The position numbers were made by a program, and so were the translations under genes. Positions 29,414-39,759 of a DNA stretch of 64,000 nt are shown in pieces (within the stretch, counting starts at the first letter, position 1; each line of letters begins with the position of its first letter). Under the pieces are notes generated by a model. It saw only the letters and a list, made by a program, of their open reading frames with translations. It was not told the DNA's origin and did no database searches. This DNA comes from Cenarchaeum sp. (GTDB taxonomy: Archaea > Thermoproteota > Nitrososphaeria > Nitrososphaerales > Nitrosopumilaceae): assembly GCA_965206845.1 (NCBI GenBank), contig OZ242221.1:1280001-1344000 (forward strand). The letters run 5' to 3'.

Positions 29414-31194
29414 CTCCTGCAGTAAAAGTTCCCTGATGTCTTCTGCCGCTTGTCCAGCCGGCTCCCGGACTTGTTGATCCGCGGCCGCATGGACTTTTCA
29501 TCCCGCCGGAACGTCACGTCCAGATACCTGAGGAAGCTGTTCATTGCGTCCGCCTTGCCTGCCGGCGACGTCGCGTGTCCACTGATCCCGGACTCTCCGT
29601 CAAAGATCACTATCCTGTCGGAGATCAGATCCATCAGCTGCATGTCGTGGTCGATCACCATTGCGGCCCTGCCAAAGGAGCGGGCAAACTTTTGCACAAA
29701 CTTTGCTATTGCAATCCTGTCCTCCACGTCAAGAAATGCCGACGGCTCGTCCAGGGCGTACAGGTCGGCCTTCTGCAGCAGGCACGATGCCACCGCAACC
29801 TTCTGCAGCTCCCCACCGGACAGGTTCCTTATGGATTTGGTGTACAGCTTTTTTATCTTCAGGGGATCAACGATCTGCTCCTCCTCCTGACTCCCCTCGA
29901 TTGGCGAGCCGTTTGCCGTGTCAAGAACCGACACAACCTCTGCATCGGACTCGCCCTGAAGGTACTGGGGCTTGTATGCGATCTTTATTCCTGCATCGAT
30001 CCGGCCGGCATCTGGCTTCTCGACTCCTGCGATCATCTTCATCATCGTGGTCTTGCCCAGCGCGTTTGCTCCCATGACGCCCAGGATCTCCCCCTTGTGG
30101 ATGGTGCCCGGCTCTATTGCCACCGAGAATGTCGGGTAGCTCTTGCTTAGGGCGGGGTATGAGATTACCGTGGAACCCCCTTGGAACTCACCTGCAGTTG
30201 AGGATGCGTCAAATGTGAACTTTCTGTCCCTGAACCTTACGTTCTCGTTGGGCAGGTAGCCGTCAAGAAAGGTGTTGATTCCCACCTTGGTGGACAGAAT
30301 GCCGGACACGATTCCGTATGCGGCGGACTCCCCGTACAGGACCTCGATGTAGTCGCTGAGAAAGTCTAGCAGCGTCAGGTCGTGCTCAACAACCATGACG
30401 CTTCTTCCCAGCTTGGCCAAGCCGTGTATGACCTTGGCCACCCCGGTTCTCTGAAATACGTCGTTGTATGAAGACGGCTCGTCAAAGAAGTAGAACTCGG
30501 CGTCCTTGGATGCGGCCACGGCCACTGCTAACCTCTGAAGTTCCCCACCGCTGAGCTCCCGCACGTTCTGCTCCATGGCGTTCTTCAGATCCAAATCCCT
30601 TACGAGCTGCCCTGCGACCCCACGGCTGTCGTATCTCTCCAGAATCTCCCTGGCAGTCTCGTCAAACGCCCGGGCGACGGTGTGAACCTGCTGTGGCTTG
30701 ATCGATGCCCTGATCCTCCCGTCCCGTATCTTCTCAAAGTGTGACCGGAGCTCCGTGCCGCTGTAGTACTTGAGGATCTCGTCCCACTCCGGCGGCCCGT
30801 CGTACCTTCCCAGGTTGGGCTTGATGGCGCCTGCCAGGATGTTCACCACCGTGCTCTTTCCCATGCCGTTTCTTCCCAAGAGTCCCACGACCTCGCCCTT
30901 CTTGGGTGTGGGCAGCTTGTACAGCCGGAACGAGTTCGGCCCGTACTGGTGAACCTTGTCTGATGCCATCTCAGAGGCTAGGTTGACTATCGTTATGGCA
31001 TCAAAGGGGCACACCTTGACGCAGATTCCGCACCCGTTGCAGATGTTCTCATCTATCCTGGCCTTCTTTATCTCCTCGTCCAGGACTATGCAGTCGGCCC
31101 CCGACTTGTTTACTGGGCAGTACTTGATGCACTCAAGGCCGCACTTTCTCGGCTGGCAGAGATCCGCATCCAAGACGGCCACGCGGTGTGTCAT
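29410..31194 (-). CDS. rli1: Ribosome recycling ATPase ABCE1/RLI
   Basis: N-terminal Fe-S Cys motifs and two ABC domains (LSGGELQ twice). Confidence 0.95.
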   Translation of the reverse strand: MTHRVAVLDADLCQPRKCGLECIKYCPVNKSGADCIVLDEEIKKARIDENICNGCGICVKVCPFDAITIVNLASEMASDKVHQYGPNSFRLYKLPTPKKGEVVGLLGRNGMGKSTVVNILAGAIKPNLGRYDGPPEWDEILKYYSGTELRSHFEKIRDGRIRASIKPQQVHTVARAFDETAREILERYDSRGVAGQLVRDLDLKNAMEQNVRELSGGELQRLAVAVAASKDAEFYFFDEPSSYNDVFQRTGVAKVIHGLAKLGRSVMVVEHDLTLLDFLSDYIEVLYGESAAYGIVSGILSTKVGINTFLDGYLPNENVRFRDRKFTFDASSTAGEFQGGSTVISYPALSKSYPTFSVAIEPGTIHKGEILGVMGANALGKTTMMKMIAGVEKPDAGRIDAGIKIAYKPQYLQGESDAEVVSVLDTANGSPIEGSQEEEQIVDPLKIKKLYTKSIRNLSGGELQKVAVASCLLQKADLYALDEPSAFLDVEDRIAIAKFVQKFARSFGRAAMVIDHDMQLMDLISDRIVIFDGESGISGHATSPAGKADAMNSFLRYLDVTFRRDEKSMRPRINKSGSRLDKRQKTSGNFYCRS

Positions 31195-31236
31195 ACAGGT
31201 GGTGCGACGGTTTTGCCTTATACTTCTTTAGTTCTT

Positions 31237-31800
31237 ATGGCCCGTCTGTGTTATCGACAACTGCCTGTTTTCCTTGCCGGACTGCCCGATGTTAGGCAAG
31301 TTCTTACGGGTGTGGGATACACGGATGGCGAAATCAACGACGCCATATCTGGACATGTGCCTACACAGTCCCCTTCGGAACGCGACGGTGCACCCAGGAC
31401 CCGGGGCTGTCTACGCTGACTCCAAAAAAGTCGTGGCCTTGCCCAAAAAGGAGAAATTAGGCTTCAGCTTTGACGGTTCTGGGGGTCAGCCTGCCGCGTA
31501 TACCACATTGGCGGATGTTGTCATGCTTCCGTCTGGGACGGTGTCAGAAACAAAGGGTACAATCTCTGCTGACTTTGGGCGGCAAGGGCCGTCATGACGA
31601 TTACCGTTTGTGGCGCACATCGCAGGACTGCGCATGACTCTCCGGATCCTCGTGTTTTAGCGCACCCGTATCCCGGACGGCAGATATCTTTTCGACTCTG
31701 TCCTTGCGGCTAGGCCCATCAACACACCGCATGCGTGGCGTAAAGGCGGCAGTCCGGCAAAAATGGACTTGCACATGGTTTTTCCTCGTGACCGGCATCA
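31237..31800 (+). pseudogene. Possible decayed IS5/IS4-type DDE transposase
   Basis: Fragments in shifting frames: LCYRQL, FSFDGSG, RTAHDSP, GGSPAKW; multiple stops. Confidence 0.3.
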
Positions 31801-32067
31801 CGCGAATCTTAGGCCACCTGTTCAGCCTCTTTCAGACTGGTCTATTGCACATGAGCCCCTCTGTAGTGCCGGCGGCATTCTGGCAGCCCGGCTCCGGCGC
31901 GGGTCGGATCATGCGGCGCGGCGCGTCAGATCGAGCCCTGGGGCATGAGCGGCACCGCATGCTGGCACGATCAGGGACGGCTGCAGCGTGGTTCTGCAGG
32001 CTTGCGGGGAACCCTGCCGGGCCAAAAAGTTAGATTAATTAGATGGCACAATGCCGATACAGAACAA

Positions 32068-32182
32068 GCCGGCCATAGTATCAGGGTGCGACCCAATCCC
32101 GTTCCGAACTTGGAAGTCAAACCTGGTGTCGCTATTGTGTTACTAAGATGCGAGAGCCCTTGGGAAGCAATAGTGCTGGCAT
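32068..32182 (+). rRNA. rrf: 5S rRNA (stand-alone)
   Basis: GCCGGCCATAG...CCCAATCCCGTTCCGAACTTGGAAGTCAAAC...GCTGGC; ends pair; AT-rich promoter at ~32030-32040. Confidence 0.9.
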
Positions 32183-32499
32183 CTTTATACAGCCTTTGGG
32201 CGTCCGCCTGGATCCATGTGCAAACCGGGGCATAGCTGATCCGGGATTCTGCCCTCTTCGCGGTTCCCGGCGGCCGGTCCGTGCCGCCGGTCGGCCCGGC
32301 GAGTTCCGGGGCCGCAGGGCCTGACTGCCGCAAGGCCCACGCGGCTCCATCTTTGGCGGGCCGGGCCGGTACGGGCACGGATCCGTCATCTGTTTGGGTG
32401 CAGATCCGTGCATCCGGGCAAACCCCCGCGCACGGCCAGGCAGGCAGCCCTGCCTTGGGCGTCTCAAGCTTCTTAAACGGCCCCTGCGCAGGTGTCCTC

Positions 32500-32628
32500 A
32501 TGCCGGTGTGTTCTGTCTGCGCTGCAGTGCTTGATGATGACATACGGTTCCTGAACCATATGATGGAGAAGCACGGGTTTCGAAACGACAAGGTGGGCAG
32601 GCCAGACAGGAACAGCCGGGGCTACTGA
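32500..32628 (+). CDS. 42-aa C2H2 zinc-finger microprotein
   Basis: MPVCSVC(X12)HMMEKH; TATA-like TTCTTAAA ~23 nt upstream of the ATG. Confidence 0.55.
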   Translation: MPVCSVCAAVLDDDIRFLNHMMEKHGFRNDKVGRPDRNSRGY

Positions 32629-34136
32629 TCCAGGTAGTCCAGAATCAGCCTGACGCCAAAGCCGGTTGCGCCCTTTGGATTGTACGATCTCCTCTTTGTC
32701 GCAGACTGCGTCCATGCGACGCCGGCAATGTCAAAGTGGACCCACGGCGTCTCCTTGATCGCGTTCCTCAGGAATGCCGCGGCAGTGATCGTTCCTGCGG
32801 CCCTTGCGGTTCCCAGGTTCTTCATGTCGGCCACGTCTGACTTGATCAGGTCCATGTAGTCGCCGTTTAGCGGGAGCCGCCACACCTCCTCTGATGTCCG
32901 GGCCGATGACTGGAGCATCCCCTCTGCAAGCCCGTCATCGCTGCTGATCATTCCGGCCACATTGTTTCCCAGTGCTACAATGCATGCGCCCGTGAGGGTC
33001 GCAAAGTCGATTATGGCCTTGGGTGCGTACCTTGCCTCGCCGTATGCCAGGGCATCGGCAAGTATCAGTCTTCCCTCCGCGTCTGTATTGATGATCTCTG
33101 CGGTCTTTTTGCTGTACAGCCTGATGATGTCACCGGGCCTGTACGACTCGCTGCCGGGCATGTTCTCCACCGAGGGAATGATTCCCACAAGGTTTACCGG
33201 CAGCTTGAGATCTGATGCCGCCTGCATGATTCCCAGCACTGTGCATCCGCCACACTTGTCAAACTTCATCTCGTCCATCTTGGCGCCCGGCTTGATCGAG
33301 ATGCCGCCGGTGTCAAAGGTGACTGCCTTTCCGACGATTACCGTGGGTTTCTGGTCGCCCGCCCCGTGGTACTCGAGTATGATGAGGCGGGGCTCGTTTT
33401 TGCTGCCCTGTCCGACGGCTGATATTCCGCCAAATCCCTCCTCTTTTAGCCTGGACTTTGTAAACACCTCAAACTTCATCCCGCCCTTTGCGGCTATGGC
33501 GCTTCCCAGGTCTGCCAGGGTGGCAGGGGCGCACTCGTTTGGTGGCATGTTGGCTATGTCCCTGGTGAGTATGACGCCGTCGGCGACGGCCTCAGACGCC
33601 CGCAGCGCAGCCACGTTCTCTGGCGATTCGGCCGCAAGGATGCTCAGATCCGGATGCGCCGGCTGCTTTTTGGACTTGAACCTGTCAAACTCGTACAGGG
33701 ACAGCTTTGCGCCCTCGACTATCTGCTGTATGGCGTCCGGAACCCCCTCGGGGACCACCACCGCAAAGTCCGGCAGGCTCAGATCAAGCGCCTTCCGGGC
33801 GGCCCGTCCTGCCATGATCCTGACAGAGTCTCCTGACTCCATGTCCAGGCCGGCCAGGAGTATCCTGTCTGCCGGCATTATGCCCAGCGTGTTGATGACG
33901 GATATCTTTCTCGCCTCCGGCTCTGATCTTATGGCCTTCTTGAGCGCCTCGCCGTATCTTCCCAGGCCGCTGGCTGGCTGCTGGCTGTCGGGAAATATCG
34001 CCGCCCCGGACATGCTCTCCATGCTAGAGTCGATCAGATCCTGCGTCTTGTGCTGCAGGCCCTCTGCGGTAAAGATGCACAGCATGCCAGTCTTCTTGTG
34101 TGCGGATCTGCTGCCGTCGATTGTAACCTTCAACAC
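32622..34136 (-). CDS. pepA: Leucyl aminopeptidase (M17)
   Basis: VGKAVTFDTGG, MKFDKCG, NTDAEGRL. Confidence 0.95.
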   Translation of the reverse strand: MLKVTIDGSRSAHKKTGMLCIFTAEGLQHKTQDLIDSSMESMSGAAIFPDSQQPASGLGRYGEALKKAIRSEPEARKISVINTLGIMPADRILLAGLDMESGDSVRIMAGRAARKALDLSLPDFAVVVPEGVPDAIQQIVEGAKLSLYEFDRFKSKKQPAHPDLSILAAESPENVAALRASEAVADGVILTRDIANMPPNECAPATLADLGSAIAAKGGMKFEVFTKSRLKEEGFGGISAVGQGSKNEPRLIILEYHGAGDQKPTVIVGKAVTFDTGGISIKPGAKMDEMKFDKCGGCTVLGIMQAASDLKLPVNLVGIIPSVENMPGSESYRPGDIIRLYSKKTAEIINTDAEGRLILADALAYGEARYAPKAIIDFATLTGACIVALGNNVAGMISSDDGLAEGMLQSSARTSEEVWRLPLNGDYMDLIKSDVADMKNLGTARAAGTITAAAFLRNAIKETPWVHFDIAGVAWTQSATKRRSYNPKGATGFGVRLILDYLDQ

Positions 34137-34179
34137 CGTGGTGTGCCTGCGTGATAATTTTATAGGTTACCCTGCAGAG

Positions 34180-34560
34180 TCACGTTTCCAGCCGGATCTT
34201 TCTGCTGTTTGAGAACAGGCTTGCAGAGCGAATGAAGACCGCCTTGGCGGTCTTGCAGCCCGCGTCGCATGGCTCTGATGTGCGCTGATCGACCTCCCTT
34301 GGCTCAGAGGACAGCAGCGCCCGGAGGAGCGGACCTAGCGCCGCGCGCCCCCCGTAGGCCATGCCGCCGTCGATGAACCAGAACATGTCCAGCGCATCAG
34401 ACTCGAGGTGCTCCGCTCTCACCTGCTCACCCAGCGGAGAGTAGTGGCCAACAAGGGATATCCTGTTCCTCCCAAGCCTGCCCACAGCCTCTGCAAACTT
34501 GATGCAGAGGTGGCACCGGTCATCATACAGCACCACGGGGGCTATTCCCTTCAGATCCAC
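34180..34560 (-). CDS. DCC1/DUF393-like thiol-disulfide oxidoreductase
   Basis: VLYDDRCHLC (DxxCxxC). Confidence 0.75.
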   Translation of the reverse strand: MDLKGIAPVVLYDDRCHLCIKFAEAVGRLGRNRISLVGHYSPLGEQVRAEHLESDALDMFWFIDGGMAYGGRAALGPLLRALLSSEPREVDQRTSEPCDAGCKTAKAVFIRSASLFSNSRKIRLET

Positions 34561-34733
34561 ATGTGTGATACGGCCCGCTGGGATTAAAGATTTTGGTGCC
34601 CGCCAGCCACCTGCCGCATCCGGCAGAACGCGAAGACCTGCCATGACATGCAAGCCTGTGCCTATGCAAGTAGAAATCCTGCCCCATCGTATGTGTTTTG
34701 AAGTTTAAAATACGGGAGATGAAAAGAGTGGCC

Positions 34734-35048
34734 ATGAAGAAGGATTTTGTGGTGCGTAGCATCGATGCGTCCCCCACCGGAGCGCCGTACGTGCTTGTCT
34801 CCCTGTCATCTACCAAGGATCTCAACGAGGACAGCTCCCCCCAATCACCCTTCAACCCGAAGGTCATGGGATTTACCAACATGAACGACATGATGAAGGA
34901 TCTGAACAAGATGTTCTCTGGGACGGGTGGTGCACCCGGCGCGGTCACCACGATCAAGCTCGAGATGCACGAATACAAGCAGATGGGCCTGTCTGTGGGC
35001 GACAAGGTATACCTGGAGATAACAAAGGAAGAGACTTTTGGGGTATAG
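34734..35048 (+). CDS. Hypothetical protein
   Basis: Coding-like codon usage, TATA TTTAAAA at ~34704, EY..MGL.VGDKV motif. Confidence 0.7.
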   Translation: MKKDFVVRSIDASPTGAPYVLVSLSSTKDLNEDSSPQSPFNPKVMGFTNMNDMMKDLNKMFSGTGGAPGAVTTIKLEMHEYKQMGLSVGDKVYLEITKEETFGV

Positions 35049-35049
35049 G

Positions 35050-35715
35050 CTAAATGCCGGTTCCAGGGTTACGGTTCTTGATCTTCTCCCAGTCGGCAAG
35101 AAAGCTCTTCAGGCCTGTGTCGGTTAGCGGATGCTTGAGCATCTTCTCCAGCACCGCCGGCGGCAGCGTGACTACGTGCGCTCCTGCCTTTGCTGCATCC
35201 ACCACGTGAACCGGATGCCTTACGCTGGCCACCAGGACTTGCGTCGCAAAGGCATAGTTTGAAAAGATCTCCAGGATGTCTCTGACAAGGTGCATCCCGT
35301 CCTGGCCGATATCGTCAAGACGGCCAATAAACGGGCTGACGTACTTTGCTCCTGCCTTTGCCGCCAGCAGGGCTTGGTTGGGCGAGAAGACCAGCGTTAC
35401 ATTCACCGGAATCCCCGAGCCGGACAGCGACCTGCACGCCCGGAGCCCGTCGGGTGTCATTGGCACCTTGACCACCACATTCTCCCCATATCCGCGCAGG
35501 CTCATTCCCTCGGCCATCATGCCATCGTAATCGGTGGCGACGACCTCGAGGCTGACATCCCCGGAGATTATGCTGGTTATCTCGTGCATGGTCTTGGCGG
35601 GATCCCCGCTCTCCCTTGAGAGAAGCGTCGGATTTGTCGTGATTCCGTCAAGCAGCCCCATGTTGTTGTACCTCCTGATGGCATCCAGACTTGCAGTATC
35701 AAGGAATATCTTCAT
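35050..35715 (-). CDS. tal: Transaldolase / fructose-6-phosphate aldolase
   Basis: MKIFLDTA, GITTNPTL, VVKVP, YVSPFIGRLDD. Confidence 0.93.
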   Translation of the reverse strand: MKIFLDTASLDAIRRYNNMGLLDGITTNPTLLSRESGDPAKTMHEITSIISGDVSLEVVATDYDGMMAEGMSLRGYGENVVVKVPMTPDGLRACRSLSGSGIPVNVTLVFSPNQALLAAKAGAKYVSPFIGRLDDIGQDGMHLVRDILEIFSNYAFATQVLVASVRHPVHVVDAAKAGAHVVTLPPAVLEKMLKHPLTDTGLKSFLADWEKIKNRNPGTGI

Positions 35716-36683
35716 CTTTGTGTACCCCTGACACTCCTGACAGCCTCGGCTATATTAACAGCTGATATCTTGTGCTTGGCAAGCAGCCGTGGGATCTCCT
35801 GATCCCGGCAGGACTCCCCAAACCTGTCGCGCACGCCGATTCTCCTTATGGGGACCGGGTACCTCTCCGATACGGCTTCTGCCACCGCCGAGCCCATTCC
35901 GGCCATTATGTTGTGCTCCTCGCAGGTGACGATGCCGCCTGTCTCCCTCGCGGCCCTCTCAAGCGCGTCGGCGTCTATGGGCTTGACTGAGAACATGTCT
36001 AGGACCCTGCACGACACACCCTCCTTGTGCAGCCTCTCCGCTGCGTCTAGCGCCAGTGTGACCGTAATCCCGCAGGCCGCTATGGTGCAGTCGGATCCCT
36101 CCCTTGCCGTGATCGCCTGCCCGATCTTGAACTTTTGGAGCTCGGTGTGCACCACGGGTGTCTTTGAGCGCGCCATCCTCATGTAGAACGGACCATATGT
36201 GTCTGCTATCACCCTAGTCAGGCCCCTCACGGATACGCCGTCGGCAGGAATCAGAACCCGCATGTGTGGGATTACCCGTGTGATGGCAATGTCCTCTATC
36301 TGCTGATGCGATCCCCCGTCGGCGCCCACAGACAGTCCCCCATGTGATACCACCAGCTTTACGTTGAGGCCCTTTTTGCGGCCCGGGCTGGGGTAGCAGA
36401 TGGCGTTGCGGATCTGATCCACTGCCCTTCCGGGAACAAAGATGGCATAGGTGCTGGCAAAGGCTGTCTTGCCGGACATGGCAAGGCCGGCGGCCACAGA
36501 TACCAGGTTGGCCTCTGCGATTCCCACGTTAAAGAATCGGTCAGGGAACGCTCTCCCAAACCCCGCCGTCTTGAGCGAGTCGGTCGTGTCGGCTCCCAGG
36601 ACCACGACGCGTGGATCCTGCCTGCCGATCTCAATGATGGTTTTCCCGTACTCGGAGCGCATGTCCGTCTGGTTTTGGCTCAG
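35712..36683 (-). CDS. Transketolase C-terminal (pyrimidine-binding) subunit
   Basis: RFFNVGIAEAN, GADGGSHQ, EEHN; start CTG 36683 or ATG 36662. Confidence 0.9.
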   Translation of the reverse strand: MSQNQTDMRSEYGKTIIEIGRQDPRVVVLGADTTDSLKTAGFGRAFPDRFFNVGIAEANLVSVAAGLAMSGKTAFASTYAIFVPGRAVDQIRNAICYPSPGRKKGLNVKLVVSHGGLSVGADGGSHQQIEDIAITRVIPHMRVLIPADGVSVRGLTRVIADTYGPFYMRMARSKTPVVHTELQKFKIGQAITAREGSDCTIAACGITVTLALDAAERLHKEGVSCRVLDMFSVKPIDADALERAARETGGIVTCEEHNIMAGMGSAVAEAVSERYPVPIRRIGVRDRFGESCRDQEIPRLLAKHKISAVNIAEAVRSVRGTQR

Positions 36684-38347
36684 AGGTACTTCATCTCCAA
36701 TGCAATCTTCTCCAGTGTTTCCTTCTTGGCAGGCACCTCGTGCAGGCCTATCCACCGGCGGACCAGCTCGGCTCCGCCAAGCGCGTGAGCCCGTTCCAGC
36801 AACAGCCTTCTTCTCTGGTGCAGTATCCTGCCACGGATCTCCCTGATGGCACCGCGCACGTCCTCCGTGCCAACTATGGCGCCGCCGCCGACAAAGGCGC
36901 GCGCCCCGTCTGCAAAGCATGCCCCGGCATTCTCCATGTTCACTCCCCCGTCAGCCTCCACACAGCCGTCAAACCCGTTCTCCCCCAGGGTCTTCATTAC
37001 TGTGGCCATCTTCTGGTGGGTTGACTCGATGTACTTTTGGCCGGACTTGCCCGGAACCACAGACATCACTATGACCTGGTCGATGGTGGGGATGAACCGG
37101 TGCGCCCACTGGGGAATGTCCGTCTCGGAGTTGATTGCCAGGCCCACGCCCACTTGGTTCTGCCTCAGGTAGTCGTGTATCTCGCCAAAGATCGCCTCGT
37201 CGGTTACCTCTGCGTGTACCGTCACTATGTCACTTCCGGCTTCCACGTAGCTCCTGACATGCCTTCCGGGATCTTTGATCATGAGGTGCGTGTCAAAGGG
37301 AATCTCTGTGAGGTACCGGAGCTCCCGTATCTTGGAGTGGCCAAAGGTCTTGTTGGGCACAAACCTGCCGTCCATCACGTCCATGTGGATGTAGTCGGCC
37401 CTGCCCTCGGCGCACCGCTTCACCTCGTTCTCCAGGTTGCCCATGTTGCCGGCGATGATGGATGGGGCGATCATAAACTGGCAGTCCAGCTCGGTCTCAA
37501 TCACCGGGGCGATCTCTGGGTGCGGGGCCCTGCCGTGCCACTTTGGGTTGTCCTCCATGTGCTCCACGCCCTTGCCCTTGACTGTCCGGGCTATGATGAT
37601 CGACGGTACCCCCCTGACTGATGCCGCCTTTTTTACGGCGCCGTCAATCTGCTCTATCCGGTGGCCGTCGATCTCTATCACGTTCCACCCGAAGGATCTC
37701 CACTTGTCGCCGGTCCTCCACCGGGACGCGTCCCTCCACATCTCTGTGGGGTCGTCGCCTGTCAGCTCCTCGTCCAGCGGCATTATTTTCTCGGTGTACG
37801 AGTCCTGCTGGATGAAGTTCCGATCCATGATTGCCGTGAGGTTGTCCACCCTGTACTTTGAGCCTGTCATCGCCGCCTCCCAGACCTGGCCCTCGTTGGA
37901 CTCGCCGTCCCCAATTACCGTAAATATCCGCTGCTTTCTGCCGTCGATCCTGGCCGCAAGCGCGGATCCGATGGAGAAGGAGAGGCCGATTCCTAGGGAT
38001 CCACCGCAGAACTCCACTCCTGGACATTTGAGATCCGGATGCCCCTGCAGGCGGCTGCCCAGCTTGCGCAGCGTCTCGATCTCCGACTCGTCAAAGTATC
38101 CCGCCACCGCCAGATTGGAGAAGAGTCCAGGGGCGGCATGCCCCTTTGAGAGAACCAGCTTGTCCCTCTCCTCCCAGAGCGGGTTCTGTGGGTCGTACCT
38201 AAGGTGCTTGAAGAAGAGCACGCCCATGATCTCTGCCATGGAGAACGAGCCGCCGGGGTGGCCCGAGCCTGCCGCCGTGGTTGCCCTGATCGTTAGTTTG
38301 CGGGCCCGCCTGATGTTTCGTTGGATCTGACAGTAGTTGAGCCCCAT
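36680..38347 (-). CDS. Fusion: transketolase N-terminal domain + ribulose-phosphate 3-epimerase
   Basis: SGHPGGS, LSKGHA, GDGESNEG (TPP motif), then IAPSI, HMDVMDGRFVPN, DTHLMI, DGGVN. Confidence 0.92.
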   Translation of the reverse strand: MGLNYCQIQRNIRRARKLTIRATTAAGSGHPGGSFSMAEIMGVLFFKHLRYDPQNPLWEERDKLVLSKGHAAPGLFSNLAVAGYFDESEIETLRKLGSRLQGHPDLKCPGVEFCGGSLGIGLSFSIGSALAARIDGRKQRIFTVIGDGESNEGQVWEAAMTGSKYRVDNLTAIMDRNFIQQDSYTEKIMPLDEELTGDDPTEMWRDASRWRTGDKWRSFGWNVIEIDGHRIEQIDGAVKKAASVRGVPSIIIARTVKGKGVEHMEDNPKWHGRAPHPEIAPVIETELDCQFMIAPSIIAGNMGNLENEVKRCAEGRADYIHMDVMDGRFVPNKTFGHSKIRELRYLTEIPFDTHLMIKDPGRHVRSYVEAGSDIVTVHAEVTDEAIFGEIHDYLRQNQVGVGLAINSETDIPQWAHRFIPTIDQVIVMSVVPGKSGQKYIESTHQKMATVMKTLGENGFDGCVEADGGVNMENAGACFADGARAFVGGGAIVGTEDVRGAIREIRGRILHQRRRLLLERAHALGGAELVRRWIGLHEVPAKKETLEKIALEMKYL

Positions 38348-38497
38348 TATCGGTGAGACTGGTCGCTGAAGCGAATAAAAATCTATTCTGAAATGCGACT
38401 TTTATGCTACCTGCTCGGCGCGACAGGCGAGCCGGCAAAATCTGGACTTAGAAATATTAAACAACAAGCTGTTACAAGTATCTGGTGGGTAAGAGAC

Positions 38498-39310
38498 TTG
38501 GCAAATTCGATACTTGATGATGTGAAGGTTCTGCTCATGAAGCAGGCCGGCGATCCCAAAATTCTGGAGCAAGTCAAGCGCGCAGCAGAGAATGATGAGG
38601 TCATCTCGATATATGAGCGCGAGTACGTAGCTCATCTGGCAAAACAATATCTGGATCCTATGCGCGGTGACCAGTCCGTGCAGCCACCAAGACAGGAGAG
38701 ACCAGCAGATCCGCCAAAGGAGGTATACCGGCAGCCGGAAGACAGATACGATCCCAAAAACAGGTACGATCCCCAGAACAGATACGATCCCAAAAACAGG
38801 TACGATCCCCAAGGTAGATACCGACAGGAGCCTGCCGTCACCGAGGCATCCGGCGGTTCGCAGCAGAAGATGTCAGCTCCCAGACCGGCGCGCAACACAA
38901 AGACCATGATAATTCTAGGGGCTGCGGTGGCGGCCGTAGTTCTGGGAGCCGTACTTGTGGTGGGACTGGGTTTGATCGGTACCGCACCCGGGCCCGACAT
39001 TACGCCTCCTGTCGTTGAACCTCCCACCACGCCCGAGTACGCTGTAGGCACTTCCCAGCTGTCCTACAATCTGGGAGACATTGTGGATGTATCGGGAACG
39101 GCCGATCCGTCTCTGGGCGGTGTGGATCTCCTCATTGCAGATCCAAGCGGGAACACGATCTGGAAGGAGACCGCTACGGTCATGGGTGACGGATCGTTCT
39201 CCATGTTGCTGTTCGCCGGCGGTTCCGGGTGGGACGCCACAGGAGAGTACGACCTGCTCATGCAGCAGGGCGATACGGAGATCAGTTCTACGTTTATCTT
39301 TGTACTATAG
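38498..39310 (+). CDS. Single-pass membrane protein with RYDP repeats and an Ig-like extracellular domain
   Basis: TM segment MIILGAAVAAVVLGAVLVVGLGLI; Y..GD.V.VSG...F...G.Y module; TTG start at 38498 preferred. Confidence 0.7.
   Translation: MANSILDDVKVLLMKQAGDPKILEQVKRAAENDEVISIYEREYVAHLAKQYLDPMRGDQSVQPPRQERPADPPKEVYRQPEDRYDPKNRYDPQNRYDPKNRYDPQGRYRQEPAVTEASGGSQQKMSAPRPARNTKTMIILGAAVAAVVLGAVLVVGLGLIGTAPGPDITPPVVEPPTTPEYAVGTSQLSYNLGDIVDVSGTADPSLGGVDLLIADPSGNTIWKETATVMGDGSFSMLLFAGGSGWDATGEYDLLMQQGDTEISSTFIFVL
38742..38821 (+). repeat. In-frame 18-bp tandem repeat (two 36-bp units)
   Basis: acagatacgatcccaaaa/acaggtacgatccccaga twice; encodes RYDPKN-RYDPQN-RYDPKN-RYDPQG. Confidence 0.9.
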
Positions 39311-39366
39311 TCTCTTCTGATCTGCTAGGTTCAGAGTATGTGGTATAGCCAGGACAATGCTGTCTC

Positions 39367-39726
39367 CTAGGAGTACTTGGACATGCTCTTTAGCTTGAGC
39401 GCCACCCTGTTGAGTACCTCATTGGGGCTCACATCCACTAGGTTGATGGTGACGTTATCCCGGACGATCTGGTTCTCGAACTTCTCCTTGATGGCAAAGG
39501 AAACGGAGGACCAGTGTAGCACCCCGTTCATCTCCTCCTGCACGACTGACTCGGTGTTGGGAAGTGGTATGGGCGCCATGGCTATCCCCTCGGTCCACTG
39601 CACAGTGGGAATTCCGCCGCCAGACGTTCTGCTGTTGAAGGCTATCCGTTCCACCCAGTCCTCAAGTCGGTACTCGATGATCTCGTGGATGATCAACTTC
39701 TTCCACGGCTCGATGACCACATCCAT
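39367..39726 (-). CDS. Conserved archaeal hypothetical protein
   Basis: 119-aa ORF, PWKKLIIHE, W.EG motifs, coding-like composition. Confidence 0.7.
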   Translation of the reverse strand: MDVVIEPWKKLIIHEIIEYRLEDWVERIAFNSRTSGGGIPTVQWTEGIAMAPIPLPNTESVVQEEMNGVLHWSSVSFAIKEKFENQIVRDNVTINLVDVSPNEVLNRVALKLKSMSKYS

Positions 39727-39759
39727 GTAAGGCGCATCCCCTCTGCAAGCAATATAATT

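Noticed and set aside
32230-32460. SRP or RNase P RNA downstream of 5S
   Set aside because: GC-rich imperfect hairpin (~32279-32381) but no SRP helix-8 or RNase P P4 motifs recognised.
38742-38821. Possible CRISPR array
   Set aside because: Contiguous in-frame tandem units with no spacers; no cas genes in the window.
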